In this document: in pieces, positions 1 to 12,480 of the stretch
Numbering within the stretch: the first letter of the stretch is position 1
Layout: every line of letters begins with the position of its first letter
From: the human T2T-CHM13v2.0 reference genome, Homo sapiens
Assembly (NCBI RefSeq): GCF_009914755.1
Contig: NC_060928.1
Reading direction: 5' to 3' (one strand)
DNA: 64,000 nucleotides
Notes under the pieces: generated by a model
The model's input: only the letters and a program-made list of their open reading frames with translations
The model's database searches: none
What the model was told of the DNA's origin: nothing
Program-made: the position numbers and the translations under genes

Positions 1-237
<237 letters not shown>

Positions 238-638
238 TAAACATTAGTCAATGCAATGCAAATACAATGCAAATTAGCTAAAAAGTGAAAGTGCACATCT
301 TGCAAGAATCACACTTTCATTTTGCCGATAGAATTATGTCCATGGACTATTCTAGGCACATACAAAACCACTGCCAAATGAAGACTTCACAAGGTTGAGC
401 AATTAACAATTAAATAAGAAAATATTGATAAAAATTATATTGTATATATTTCAAAAAATGTGTGGAAAATCACGATTTATAGTAGCTTTTAGGGGAAGTT
501 GGTGCAAACTATATATTTTTAATAAAAATGATGGATTCTTTTGAAAAACTAAAACTCTAATAAAGTATATAATTTTACACTATTATAAAATGTCAGAAAA
601 ATTATATGCAAAAAGCAACATTTTAAAAATGTGTTTAT

Positions 639-676
639 TTTAAAACTCCAAGTACAGTTTAAAACTCCAAGTACAG
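639..676. repeat. Perfect 19-bp tandem duplication (TTTAAAACTCCAAGTACAG x2)
   Basis: Directly visible: 639-657 equals 658-676. Confidence 0.95.
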
Positions 677-1659
677 TTGTCCTATATCATGAGTGCTAGG
701 ACTCATGAAAACTTAAAAGAAAATAATCTACATTGTTCTTTCTTCATTTTATTAACATGGACATTTTCTATTACTGCCCCCCCCTCCCCAGCCTATTGCA
801 TCACCACCACCATCACCACAACTACCATTTCCTATGACATTTTGATTCCAGTTTTAAACTGATTTATTTTAAGTGGCTTTTTCCTTTACTAAGCTTCCTT
901 GAATAAGGAAAGCCTCTTGTATGTACCTGCTCTATGTACTCTAGGAGACACAAGATCACAGAAGAAGAAACTTGACTCAGATTTTCAGTGCCAGATACAG
1001 TTTCCTGGAGAATTCTTAGGTACTATGCAAAAGAGCTTAATTTTTATTGTAAAAGTTAAGGGAAGCTATGCAGATTCTTATGCATGGACTTTATATAATA
1101 AGATTTATATCATAAAAAGAGCATTCATGAGACACTGCTTATGCCTGCCTCTAAGCTCATCTCCTGCCATTGCTGTAGCAAACAGCTTTGACCAAATGTA
1201 ACCTGCTACTATTGACAGTAACCTTACCTCCATTTGTTTCACTGCATCACTTGCTTTCCATCTTGGTTTTTTTCAGAGGCCATGCCTTTGGATATCTCCC
1301 ACGCACTCAGTATTCATACATGCATAAACCTGGAAAGGCTAGAGAGTAAACAATCCTGGGATAGCATTTGACAAAGAGGGTAAGAACCATGAAACAAATG
1401 ATCTCCTATTATATCTCCCAAGCAGATCATTCTAAGGCCCTCAGAGGATCCCATGGTGGTGACAAGCTAGATCACTCACCATTTTCTTGGCTTTTGCTCT
1501 TTCTCTGTTTTATTTCACCTGAAATAATGTCACCAAATCAACTCCCTGTACCCAAGACTTTCTCTCAAGGTATACTCTGAAGGGAGCATAAGGAGAAGGA
1601 CAGGCAGCATCTAATAGAATTCTATGAGACGGCAGGTAAGGTGTCCAGTGATTTTTATA

Positions 1660-2130
1660 ACCCAGGAAAGATAGTAGCTTAAACAAAAGCCATAGAGTAG
1701 TGATAAAGAGAAGGGGTGGATTTTAACAGATCTCCATGAGATAGAATTTGTAAGACTTAGCTGATTAGCTCTTAGGAGCAAGGAGGAGTATGAACCCTAA
1801 ATGGAATCCATGGAGAGGGGCACATCATAAGAAACAGAAAATGGTGCTCTGGGGAAAAGCTGATGAGTTAAATATAAACATGTTAATTTTGTGGTCACAG
1901 TGTGTTTTCTGTGTAAAAATATCTAGAAGACATTTGTACATAAAGTTTTAGAACTCAAAGACTGAGAACTGAGGTCAATCACAAAGATCTATTCAGGAGA
2001 CATCAGCATACTTAGTAGATAGACCCGCTTGTGGAGATTGAAATCATCTACAAAATACATAGGTTAAAATGAGCACAGAGTCAAAAATTACCATATGGGG
2101 AATAACATCATGGAGAAAAGAAGAAAAGGA
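1660..2130 (-). mobile_element. L2 LINE relic
   Basis: Degenerate match to the L2 antisense motif series (gatgagtt..aaacatgttaattttgtggtc..atatctagaagacatttg..agacatcagcata). Boundaries approximate. Confidence 0.55.
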
Positions 2131-2440
2131 ACTTAATAATATAATGGGAAGAAATTTATAAGAAGATAGATTCTGCTGCAATAAAATTTAACTGTATATT
2201 ATGAAAAAGTATCAGAAAATGAAAAAGAGTTGCCATACCTAAAGCAGAAATATTTAGGAGATGAATGTGTAAAGGAAACTAAAAAATCTGGATTGATGTC
2301 ATAGAGGATTTAATAAATTTACATGCCAAAAATACTGTTTTTTTAGCAAATCATGTTTGAGTATTTTAGATAAAATGGTTATAAAGTTTTTCAACAACAT
2401 TGGCTGGTGAGATAATTTACTTGATAATAAGAGTCCTCTT

Positions 2441-2745
2441 GGGCAGGCATGGTGGCTCACGCATGTAATCCCAGCACTTTGGGAGGCCAAAGAGGTGGGT
2501 CACCAGAGGTCAGGCATTTGAAACCAGCTTGGCCAACATGGTGAAACCCCATCTTTACTAAATACAAAAATTAGCTAGGCATGATGGCACATGGCTCTAA
2601 TCCCAGCTACTCTGGAGGCTGAGGCACAAGAATTGCTTGAACCCGAAGATGGAGGTTGCAGTGAGCTGAGATTACACCATTGCACCACTGCACGCCAGCC
2701 TAGGCCATAGAGTGAAACTCTGTCTGAAAAAAAAGAAAAAATAAA
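2441..2745 (+). mobile_element. AluS (Sx/Sz-like), full length
   Basis: Dimeric Alu with A-rich linker and A tail. Degenerate TSD (AAGAGTCCTCTT / ATGAGTCCTCATT). Small internal duplication CATTGCAC-CACTGCAC. Confidence 0.93.
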
Positions 2746-3634
2746 TGAGTCCTCATTCCAGTCTTATTGATATGGTATTATATATTTGATTTTTTGGGTT
2801 TTGGTGGGATTTAGAAGGGTTTCATGAAAATAAAGGTAAATTATATAATTATAACCACAAGAAAGCCACAGAATAATAATTATAATTATAATCACCAGTG
2901 CGACCAATCTTCAGTGGTGTGTTTGATTGCCATTTGTAATGCACTAGAACAAGCTTTTTAATTAATCCTGAAGCAATACAATGGGAAAAAATTACCCTTG
3001 CTATTAGATAGCAGTTGTTCTGTAAGAAAATTACCATTACAAAAGGAGTGTTTGTGATTAGACTATGTAATTTCATTTCAATCTCTATAAATGTTGAGTA
3101 TTTTATTTCAAGTATAAATACTGCATTGTTTTAAGATTCTAAACTTATCCATGCATACTTATCAAATATTTTGATAGCATGAACATGGGAAAATTGTAGA
3201 GGTGTAGAAAGCAGAGCAAAATAAGTTAACTATTTGCATGTTTATTTTTTAATCGTAAAAATTGCTTTGTTAAATAATTTTTGTTCAATATCAAAATATC
3301 TCAAAACTTTGATGATAATGCTGCCATTTGAAAATGCAACATTTGATACTAGTATCAATGAAATAATTGCTGAAATCTATTTTGTAGCTTTATATTATTA
3401 ATTATCACTGTCTGAGTTATGCCCAGGAACATATTTATCAGCCACAAAAATAAATCCATTTTTTAAAATTCAGCGTTCTCAACGTTAAAATAACCAAGGG
3501 ACCATGTCCCTACTTTGAAAAAATGTGAATTTTTAAACACTCAAATTTGTTTCACTTCTATATCTTATCAAGAGATGCTACTTAAAAATATAGCTCTTAT
3601 TTCCAGCAAATAACTTGCAATTTTCTACTGAATG

Positions 3635-3978
3635 CAGTTGGCCCTCCGCTTACATGAGTTCCACAACTGTGGATTCAACCACAGCAGATTGAAAATATTT
3701 AGGGGGAAAAAAAGCATCTGCAGTGAAAACTGTACAGACTATTTTCCCTGTCATTTTTTTCCTAAACAATACAGTATTACAACTATTTACAAATATTTTC
3801 CATTTTATTAGGTATTATAACTAATCACGAGATGATTTAAAGTGTTCTGGAGAATGTATGTAGGTTATATGCTAATGTTAATACTATTCATTTTACATAA
3901 GGGACTTGAGCATCCACAGGTTTTGGTATCCAAGGGTAGTTCTGGAACCAATTCCTCATGGATACAGGGGGATAACTG
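3635..3978 (+). mobile_element. MER2 (TcMar-Tigger non-autonomous DNA transposon)
   Basis: About 345 bp. Termini CAGTTGGCCCTC ... GGGGGATAACTG followed by TA. Internal MER2 motifs (GGATTCAACC, CTAAACAATACAGTAT, GGGACTTGAGCATCC). Confidence 0.88.
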
Positions 3979-4442
3979 TATATTAAAAAATCTGAATCAA
4001 ATAAAATCAGATTGTGTAACAGGGCTGAGCATCAAAAGCAGATTTCTGTGAAAAGTATGTCATACAACATGATATGTGCACATTTTTCAAACCTCCAAGT
4101 TGATACTGACTTTAACTTTACCCTTCATGTATACAAAGTCAACAATGGAAAATTTCATGAAATACTCCAATAAGCTGTTAACGCCTTTTCATTTTCTAAA
4201 TTTTACTCCAAATATGTTATGTCCATGATGACTCTCTTGTCTTCCAGTGTCTCAATAAAGGTTGCTCATCTTAGAGAATAGCTCATGCTTCTTAGAGACA
4301 TCGCCTTATTTTGATTTTACACAGGGTTTTGAACTTTCTCAATACGTTTATTCTAATAATCTATACTAATAGAACACATATACTTGATGCCATAGCATAT
4401 ATATTACATCTAATATATAACATATATTATATATATATATCC

Positions 4443-4544
4443 TTCCCAAATACACATCTATTGTCATTTCCCTATTAGAATTTCATCAGTATCTCTCTAA
4501 ACTTGAAAACAAATTCAAAACTACTCAGGAGGATATCTGCCTGC
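4443..4544 (+). repeat. 102-bp dispersed local duplicate of 5077-5178
   Basis: Ungapped alignment by eye with 12 mismatches (about 88% identity). Confidence 0.9.
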
Positions 4545-4547
4545 CAT

Positions 4548-4559
4548 TAGATAGATAGG

Positions 4560-4599
<40 letters not shown>

Positions 4600-4609
4600 G
4601 AGATAGATA
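4548..4609. repeat. Tetranucleotide STR (TAGA)2 TAGG (TAGA)10 GAGA TAGA
   Basis: Directly visible. Confidence 0.97.
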
Positions 4610-4610
4610 A

Positions 4611-4710
4611 TTTGAGACAAGTTCTCTCTCTGTTGCCCAATCTGAAGGTCAGTGGCACACTCACAACTCACTGCATTCTGGGCTTGCTGGGCTTAAGCAA
4701 TCCTCCCACC
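4611..4710 (-). mobile_element. Old Alu monomer fragment (FRAM/AluJ right-arm-like)
   Basis: TTTGAGACAAG..CTCTGTTGCCCA..CAGTGGCAC..CTCACTGCA..CTGGGCTTAAGCAATCCTCCCACC. Confidence 0.85.
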
Positions 4711-4724
4711 TTCAAATGAGGACT

Positions 4725-4860
4725 CTGAGGTTCTTTTCCCTGCCTTCAAATTAGGATATAATAATATAACTCTTATAGATATTTTAAGAATTGAAAAATA
4801 CAATCCAGGTAAAGCATTTAGCACACATTAATATTGCCATTTAAATGATTTGCTATATCT
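4725..4860 (+). mobile_element. MIR fragment
   Basis: MIR 3'-half-like (..AGAATTGAAAAATACAATCCAGGTAAAGCATTTAGCACA..). Confidence 0.55.
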
Positions 4861-4989
4861 ATGATTTTAATCATATGAATCTCAAATTCATTACAAATGT
4901 ATATAATTATTGTGTTAATGATAATTCCAGCTTTCAACTTACGTTCATTCCCTTTGTCTTAATTTTTCCAAAGACTCACAATGTTAAAT

Positions 4990-5630
4990 ACAGCAGCTCC
5001 CTAAATTTCTTCACAGGGATGTCCTCTTCTTCTTCACACAGATGTCCTGTACTTCCAAGCTATGGCCAGATGATCATTCCAAAATGCACATATATTGTCA
5101 TTTCCCTAATAGAATTTCATCAATGTCTCCCTAGACTTGAGAACAAATTCAAAACCACACAGGAGGATTTCTGCCTGCTCCTTGAAATCTGGCCATGTCC
5201 TAAATTTTATTTTTACTTTAAAATATTTTATTTTATTTTTACTTTTACTTTATCTGCTGCCGGTACTCCCATATGTATCTCGAGCCTCATCACAGCAAAT
5301 CACTTGTATTTACTTGAACGTGCAGGCTTTTTTACATCTCTGTGGTTTGCACCTTTACATAGTAAATTCTTTGCTTTACTTTTTTTCCAAAATAATATAT
5401 AACCTTCCCAAAACTATTCTATTTTTTTCCAGCTGGATGAGGCCCCTTTTTTCTATATCTCCATAACTTTGTGTGAAAACGTCTTCCAATGTGTTTATTA
5501 TAAGCTGGAGTAATTGTTCATTATTAGCTCCTTAATCAAACTGGGAAAAACTTAAGGGCAGGGATCGGCCATTCTCAGTGTCCATCAAGGTGCCTGGTAC
5601 TTAGCAAGGGTTCAGTTAAGTGTTTTGTAT
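4990..5630 (+). mobile_element. L2 3' region relic
   Basis: Degenerate L2 3'-end motifs, ending AAGGGCAGGGA..GTGCCTGGTACTTAGCAAGGGTTCAGTTAAGTGTTT. Confidence 0.6.
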
Positions 5631-7187
5631 TCATTTTCAACACTTTTTCAGCCCAGCATTATTGGGTTATAAAGAAAAACACTTCACTGCTGGACTACTC
5701 ACTGTGATCCACAAAACTGTTATTTTTTACTCTATTGTGCTCCTTGATGTTGAAGTTTAGTTAACTGGCGGTACTGTGATAAAGCTGTTAAAAAAAAAAT
5801 GAGTATGATATGGGAGCCAGGTCTTTTCTCCCTACATGTAGACATCACAGACTGTCTATTGACACTCCCCGCACCAACCCCACAAAGATCTGCCACCTCT
5901 CTGTTGTCAGCATCTTGTCATCACTTCTTTTAACAGTACACTTCAGAAGTTGCAGATATTTTCATAGTTTACACCTCTTTTAGAGTTTCTCAATTGAGAC
6001 TGCTATGTGTCTGTTATATATATATACACCTATTTTTTTTGACTGAAGTGTAATAAAATGTCTACATGGTGGCCCATTTGTTGAACTTTTCTTGTGAGTG
6101 GATATAAAAAACCATAAGCAGAAATATGCCAAACATTTATTCCCTCATTATATTTCCACATTTCCAAATCAAGAAATTTTAAACATAGCACTGAAAATCT
6201 GTTATATTGGTAAATCCAAAAAAAATTAAGACTGCAAATCCGGTCTAGAAGCTGAAGAAAACAAAGTTGCAAACTCGCACAGCACATTTACACCCCAGGA
6301 TTTTCCTGATGAAATCAAGAATATAATCCTATGTATTAAAAACAACAGTTAATATAGTGTCTATAGTCAAAACAGTTTAATGATTAGTCTGATAAATTTA
6401 CATTTTACAAAAACTTAAGTTATTTTTCAAATCTATATATCTTATTTATTTAGACAGTTTGGAATTAGCAATGCAAAGTCTTTGATTGTTTTCAAAATGT
6501 TTTTTATAATTCTAGGATTTTATTTTTACTTTATGGGAAAAATAATGATTTCTTCTTTTTTGTTTAAAATAACGTGTACTTTCTACAAGCAAAACTAAAA
6601 TCTGAAAAACAGCTACTTCTTTCTTATCTGTCACAATGTTTCCTCCATTCTTTATTTTTGAGGAGGTTATACGCGTATCTGACTATCTTTTAAGCACTGA
6701 AAATACATCTAATTTGAATATACTAACAAAAAAGAACAGGAGTGATCTATAATAAAAATGAACAGATGAGTTTTTTAAAAAAAGACAATGTCCTTCTACA
6801 CTAGTATAGAATATGAAAAATTGGCCAGAAATGAAAAGAACAAAAAATAATGTAAAAGACACAGTCCCTGAATGAGGATGTAATTTAATCTGTTTAGATA
6901 TTTGTGAATTCACTTTACTTTTAGAAATACTATATGTTAGAAGATATAATACATTAGTGATGAGCTGTTTTTGTTTTATAAACTCATATCAATTGATTCT
7001 AGCCATATTATTCCTGATAAAATCATTTTACTAACACATGAAAACTGAAAAGTTTGAACAAAACATAACCTTATTATCTGAGTTTTAAACATATTTGTTC
7101 CTTTTACTTCTTATAATTTACTTACAATTCAAATGAACCACTCCTGCCTTAAAAATAAAATGGTAGCTGAGCCCAGTTTAATCCTCC

Positions 7188-7490
7188 CTTCAACGAATAT
7201 GTATTGCTGGACCTACTATGTGTCTGGCACATAGGAAAAGCCTAAGGATAGAACACTGGACACAGTTTCTGCTCTTACGGAGCTTAACATTTAGTGATCA
7301 AAACTTTAATTCTAAAAACGCATACAAAGCAATATATAATTGAAACTTTGATAAAATTATGTATGGCAAATTTGATACAGAATTGTGAAGGCCAGGGCAT
7401 CTGCCTTAGTGGAAGAGGCCTGTCTCTTCCTCCATGAAGTTTAGAAGCTTCATCTGAGACCTGAGGGATGACTAACTAGGGAGAGCGACA
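7188..7490 (-). mobile_element. L2 3' end relic
   Basis: TTCAACGAATATGTATTG..ACCTACTATGTGTCTGGCAC..CAGTTTCTGCTCTTACGGAGCTTA. Confidence 0.65.
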
Positions 7491-9445
7491 AGTCATGATG
7501 ACAATTTCCATAGGACAAAGTGAAAGAAAAGGAATCTAATAGGAAGACAAATACTAAAAATTAAAATTATTTAGCGAATGTCTTCTAGACCAAATACAGA
7601 GTAGAAAAAATAATCAGAATGCTATATGTACAAAGATAAAAATCATCAACGATATAAAATGTATAAGGATTTTAATTTTAATTACAACTTTTTCATATGG
7701 AAGTATGACAGGTATTTACTGCTTACATAAAGGATTGTTTTAAACTTTAAGTTTAATTTAACATAATTAAATTATTTTCTCCTTTTCAAATATATCTTTT
7801 CCTTGAACAGTAGTTAAAAGTTTTTGTTTCTGGCTAAAACATAGACCTAGCATATTGTTTGTGTTGACCATATTAAATATTTAATTTTGTTGTCTAATGA
7901 TTACTTCCTCTAAGATCTTCTTGTACAATAAAATCATTAGTGTTTACCCTCTTATAACAAAAGCTCTTTTTTCCACTTCTATTTTCAAGTCTGCAAAATA
8001 CCATTTGATTCTTTTGTTATCTACTAATATTTGTCATAAATGAAATACATTTGGCTAGAAAAGAATTCACAGAAATTGGAGTTTTCTGTCAAGGCTCACT
8101 GAGAAAGATATACAATAGAAAGTTTCACAGCTAATCTAGCCAAATAGACCATGCATCTGAGTTACAAATTATTTTAAGTAATATTCTTCATAGGGTATAG
8201 GAAGTAATCATGTCACTATGTAAAACACAAAGATTTTAATTAATTATAAAAATAATCACTTTAATTACATTTGCGTATATACTTGTATCATTACAATAGC
8301 CATATTTCTTATCAAATTGTTATACAATGTTTTGTTTCACACATATTTTGTCTGCAAAGTATGCAGAATTCTCTTGAGTTGTTTAAGAGCAGGTAAAATA
8401 GATTACATTATATCCATAATGATCACAGTGCTAAATAAAAAGGTAACTTATGCTTGGTTCACAACAAATATTTAGATCTAAAACATTAATAAATTACCCC
8501 TTATTTATAATCCTAGAAGTACATTTAAAGTGTTCCTGTATGGTTAAGATTATTCCATTGGCTTCTTTTTATTATAGCAAAAATAAAATCTAATTATCAA
8601 ATTTTTGCACATGGAATTTATGTTTTTTGGTAATTTATATTATCTTAATTTTCTCAAATACATAAAATAATGCTGCTAATTAATAACACTGCTGTCTCTC
8701 AATTCATACTATTCTGTGCGTGTGCAGTTGAAAACATAGCATTGTTCTTTTATTCATTTGACAAACGTATATCTAAGACCTATACTCTCTTCCATGCTCA
8801 GGCTGATTCTTTTCTTTGAAATATACTATTTTGTAAGCACACAAGGTTTTTTAATAATTGACCACATTGCAGCAATGCGCACAGAGTTAACTAAACAGAA
8901 ACTTCAAATTTTGTCTTCCCCCCCTTAAAAAAAACATGATATGTACAGTTATCCACACCTACCTAGCATACACTGTAAGTAGTCCATTATCATAGAAATT
9001 TTAAAATCTGTACATACTTACATTTCTATTACTGTACTAAAAAACTGATGATTTGAATATATTCAACTCAACTATGAAGACTTACGGAAATTCTATACTT
9101 AAGCTTGTCAGGAATGAAAATGTAAATATTTCCATTTTTAATGAATTATAATAGGTATAACTACAATGATAAAATGTTATTGAGTCTACCAAAATGCATA
9201 TAAATATACTGTATATTTTCTATAATTTTTATTATGTTTGTTTTTACCAAATATTAATTTACAAGATAGATTTCAGAATTTTATTAGCAATATTTTGACC
9301 CCTTGGAATTTAAACTGCAATTATTCGATACTTCAGTGGATTTTTTACTGTAATAAATGATAATTTTAAAAATTATACAGGGAAAGTTCAGCTGTATTTT
9401 CTTCTGAATTTTTTTCCTCCTAGCATTATAAACATTTAAAATGGT

Positions 9446-9592
9446 AACATAGTGGTTACAAGCTTATGATATCTTTGCATTCAGGCAATCTGAGTTTGTA
9501 TTCTGCTTCTAAAGCTTACAATATGACCTCAGGAATGTTACTTAATTGTCTTTTGCTCATTGTCTTCATCTTCAACATTGGGTTTATAAAAA
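9446..9592 (+). mobile_element. MIR 5' half (probable 3' half at about 10690-10770)
   Basis: CATAGTGGTTA..TCAGGCAATCTGAGTTTGTATTCTGCTTCT..TGACCTCAGGAATGTTACTTAA. Confidence 0.7.
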
Positions 9593-9608
9593 GTAATACT
9601 TACTGAAC

Positions 9609-10442
9609 TGTATTTGTTTCCTGTTACTCTTTCAAAAAAGTAGACTACTCTAGTGGTTTAAAACAAAGCTTGAATGTTCTCTCTAGGAGAGAATCCCTTG
9701 TGTTGCTTTTTCCAGCTTCTAGAATTACATTCCTTGGCTTGTGTACCGCACCCCTCTCTATCTTTTAAGTCAAGGGGGATCAAGTTGAGGATTCATGTTG
9801 CATCCCTCTGACCTTGCTTACTGCTACATATTCCCTGACTCTTCCGCCTCTATCTTCCACATTTAAAGAATCATTTTGATTACACTTGATTCACCTGAAT
9901 GGATAATCTACTATAATCTATTTATCGTCTAATTAATAACCTTAATTCTACCTCCAACCTTAATTTACTGTGGCCATGTATATTAGCTCATTCTCTTACT
10001 TCTATAAAGAAATAAATGAGACTGGGTAATTTATAAAGAGAAGAGGCTTAATTGGCTCATGATTTCACAGGCTGTACATGGGGCTGGTGAGGCCTCAGGA
10101 AATTTTCAATCATGATGGAAGGTGAAGGGGAAGCAGGCATGTCTTACACAGCCAGAGAAGGAGGAAGAGAGCAAAAAGAGATGTATTACACACTTTGATA
10201 CAACCAGATGTCATGAGAACTCACTCACTATCACAAGAATAGCAAGGGGAAAATCCACCTCATGATCCAGTCACCTACTACCAGGCCCCTCCTTCAACAA
10301 TGCGGATTACAATTTGACTGGAGATCTGGGCAGGGATACAAATCTGAACCATATTACCATGTAACAAACTATTCACAAATTTCTGATATTAGGATTTGGA
10401 TATCTTTGGGAGCAGGAGGGGAAATGGTACTCTGCCTAGCAT
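9609..10442 (-). mobile_element. MLT1D-like MaLR solo LTR, split by a THE1D/MSTA LTR
   Basis: Begins TGTATTTGTTTCCTGTT. MLT1 motifs CTTTTCCAGCTTCTAGA and TTGATTACACTTG. Resumes after 10361 with TAACAAACTATTCACA..ATTAGGATTTGGATATCTTTGGG..CTGCCTAGCA. Confidence 0.8.
9979..10356 (-). mobile_element. THE1D/MSTA MaLR solo LTR
   Basis: 378 bp. GAGACTGGGTAATTTATAAAG..GAGAACTCACTCACTATCAC..AACCATATTA. Perfect 5-bp TSD CCATG at 9974-9978 and 10357-10361. Confidence 0.9.
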
Positions 10443-10449
10443 AGGTGCA

Positions 10450-10650
10450 TGCCGTATGCCTGGCACTATTCTACAACTTCTTATAAATCATATCTTATAA
10501 CATTAAATTAAAGTCATAATTTTATATGACTTTATGATTAAACTTCATAAAATTAAAGTATGAATTATGCATTTTATGATCACAGAAAGCTATCTGCTTG
10601 GTACTATTATTATCTACATTTTACAGATCATTCAACTGAGCAATAACAGT
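10450..10650 (-). mobile_element. MIR (antisense)
   Basis: TATGCCTGGCACTATTCTA and core ATTATTATCTACATTTTACAGATCATTCAACTGAG. Confidence 0.65.
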
Positions 10651-10889
10651 AATAATAGGTGTCTCAGAATAATCACGTCTACTATTGAGCAACGCTGTCA
10701 GGATTAAATAAGGTGACATACAAAATTTTTAAGCAATGTTTAGCACCAAGTACATTTTAATTATTATTATTGCATCATCTTGATTGTTATCGTTCTTATT
10801 CCACATTTCTTAGAACACAACTCTCAAATGGGAATACATTTGAGAAATAAATCATTGTGACTTCTGCTTAAATAAAACAGATTAAATTA

Positions 10890-12480
10890 CATATTTACAA
10901 CTTCTCCCTCCTGAAACCACTTTGAAAGTAAAATGGATAAAAAGAGCATAAGCAAATAAAGCAAGAAAAACAAAAAAAAAATTAGATAGAGCATGACAGA
11001 AGCAACGCTTTACAAATGGAAATCAAATAAGTCATAAGTGACTTAGAAAAGCAAAGAGAATTAGACCATAAGCCAGCGATAGGGGAATTTCACACATAAG
11101 ATGCATCACATCACAGAATCTGAAAAATAGGAATTGGAGGCACTGGATTCTTCTGAAGGTGTAGCTGCAGTTGGAGCAATTAAGTAAAGCTATTGGTTTA
11201 AGAATGGCTAAGGCATTGTTAAAATCCTAGAACATTCCTTACCCTGCCAGTTTACTATGTGGAGCTATTGAATCAGAGATAATTTGGACACTAGAGCACT
11301 GGCATTTGGGTGCCTGTCCTAGTATATCTAGCCTGCAATAACAAAATACCACAGACTGGGTAGCTTGCAAACGACAGAAATTTAATTCACACAGTTCTGA
11401 AGGCTGAGAAGTCCAAGATTTAGGCGGAAGCAGATTCAGTGTCTGGGGAGGGCTTGTTTCCTTCTTTACAGATGGTGCCGTCTCACTGTGTCCTATGTGA
11501 TGGAAAGGAAAGAGATCTCTCTGAGGCCTCTTTATAAGGGCATTGACCATTTTTGAGTGCTCTACCCTCAGGACCTCATCACCTCCCAAAGGCCCCACTT
11601 CCTACTACCATCACCTTGTAAGAATTTCAGCATATGCATTGTGGCAGTCCACAAACATTTTGATTACAATGGCAGTACCTCAGCCAACCAAATCACTTTT
11701 CTTAAGTGCTCTCATCCCATAGTGACAGTGAGTAATAACTTATGTCTATGACCTTCTCTGCAGAATTTGCCTTTGTTTTCTCAGAGATGCACTGAAATTA
11801 TGTAACTTTCACCACCGCTCTGAGGATAGATGGCAATGCATTACTATGCAAAGGAACAAAATCATTCTATGGCGAGATTCCTGTCCTAGATCACACTTCT
11901 ATTCCTATACTATGAATCAGGCCTAGGATATAATTTATCTTCGACAACAGATATCCCTCTACTCTATTTGGATTGCCTCACTTTGATATAGGTTTTTACT
12001 TTTCTTTTCCTGAATAGAATCTCCTTCTATGACATAAGCATCTGTATATCTGTATCAAGCTCTGTTTCTGTGATTCATGATTTATATTTATGGAGCACTC
12101 TATTTAACACATTAGAATGTAATAAAACTCTATAAACTGAACAGTAAGAACCTAGGTCATTCTCCTACTCAGCTCTGAGAATGCTTGCTGTTAGATTTCC
12201 ACACACAATTTAGGATACTGAAGATTTCTTTCTGGGGAAACTGATCAATCAAAGAGAGCAGGTCTATAAATATCAAGAGTAGAAGTGATCCTAACGAAAG
12301 AGCAACACCACACAGATCGTCTTAGAGTGAAATTTACTAATTAAAATATACTGCTCCTTCATACACTGATTTCAATAAATTTTGTATTGCCTCTTCTACT
12401 TTGCCATCATGAATCATGAGATATTGATGATTGCAGAAAATGTTCTGCATCAAAACAAAGAACAACCAAGCAGAAAATGC
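10890..12480 (+). mobile_element. Ancient L1M/HAL1-type 5' region, interrupted by MLT1A0
   Basis: Degenerate motifs typical of old L1M 5' ends (GTGACTTAG..TAAGCCAGCGATAGGGGAA..AGGAATTGGAGGCACTGG; TCTGGGGAAACTGATCAATCAAAGAG). Subfamily and limits uncertain. Confidence 0.5.
11315..11674 (-). mobile_element. MLT1A0-like MaLR solo LTR
   Basis: TG...CA termini. ATAACAAAATACCACAGACTGGG, GGCTGAGAAGTCCAAGAT and CACCTCCCAAAGGCCCCAC motifs. TSD GTGCC/GTACC. Confidence 0.9.

Noticed and set aside
4845-5466. 185-aa and 109-aa ORFs
   Set aside because: They overlap MIR/L2 relics, have F/L/I-biased composition from T-rich DNA, and show no recognisable domain.
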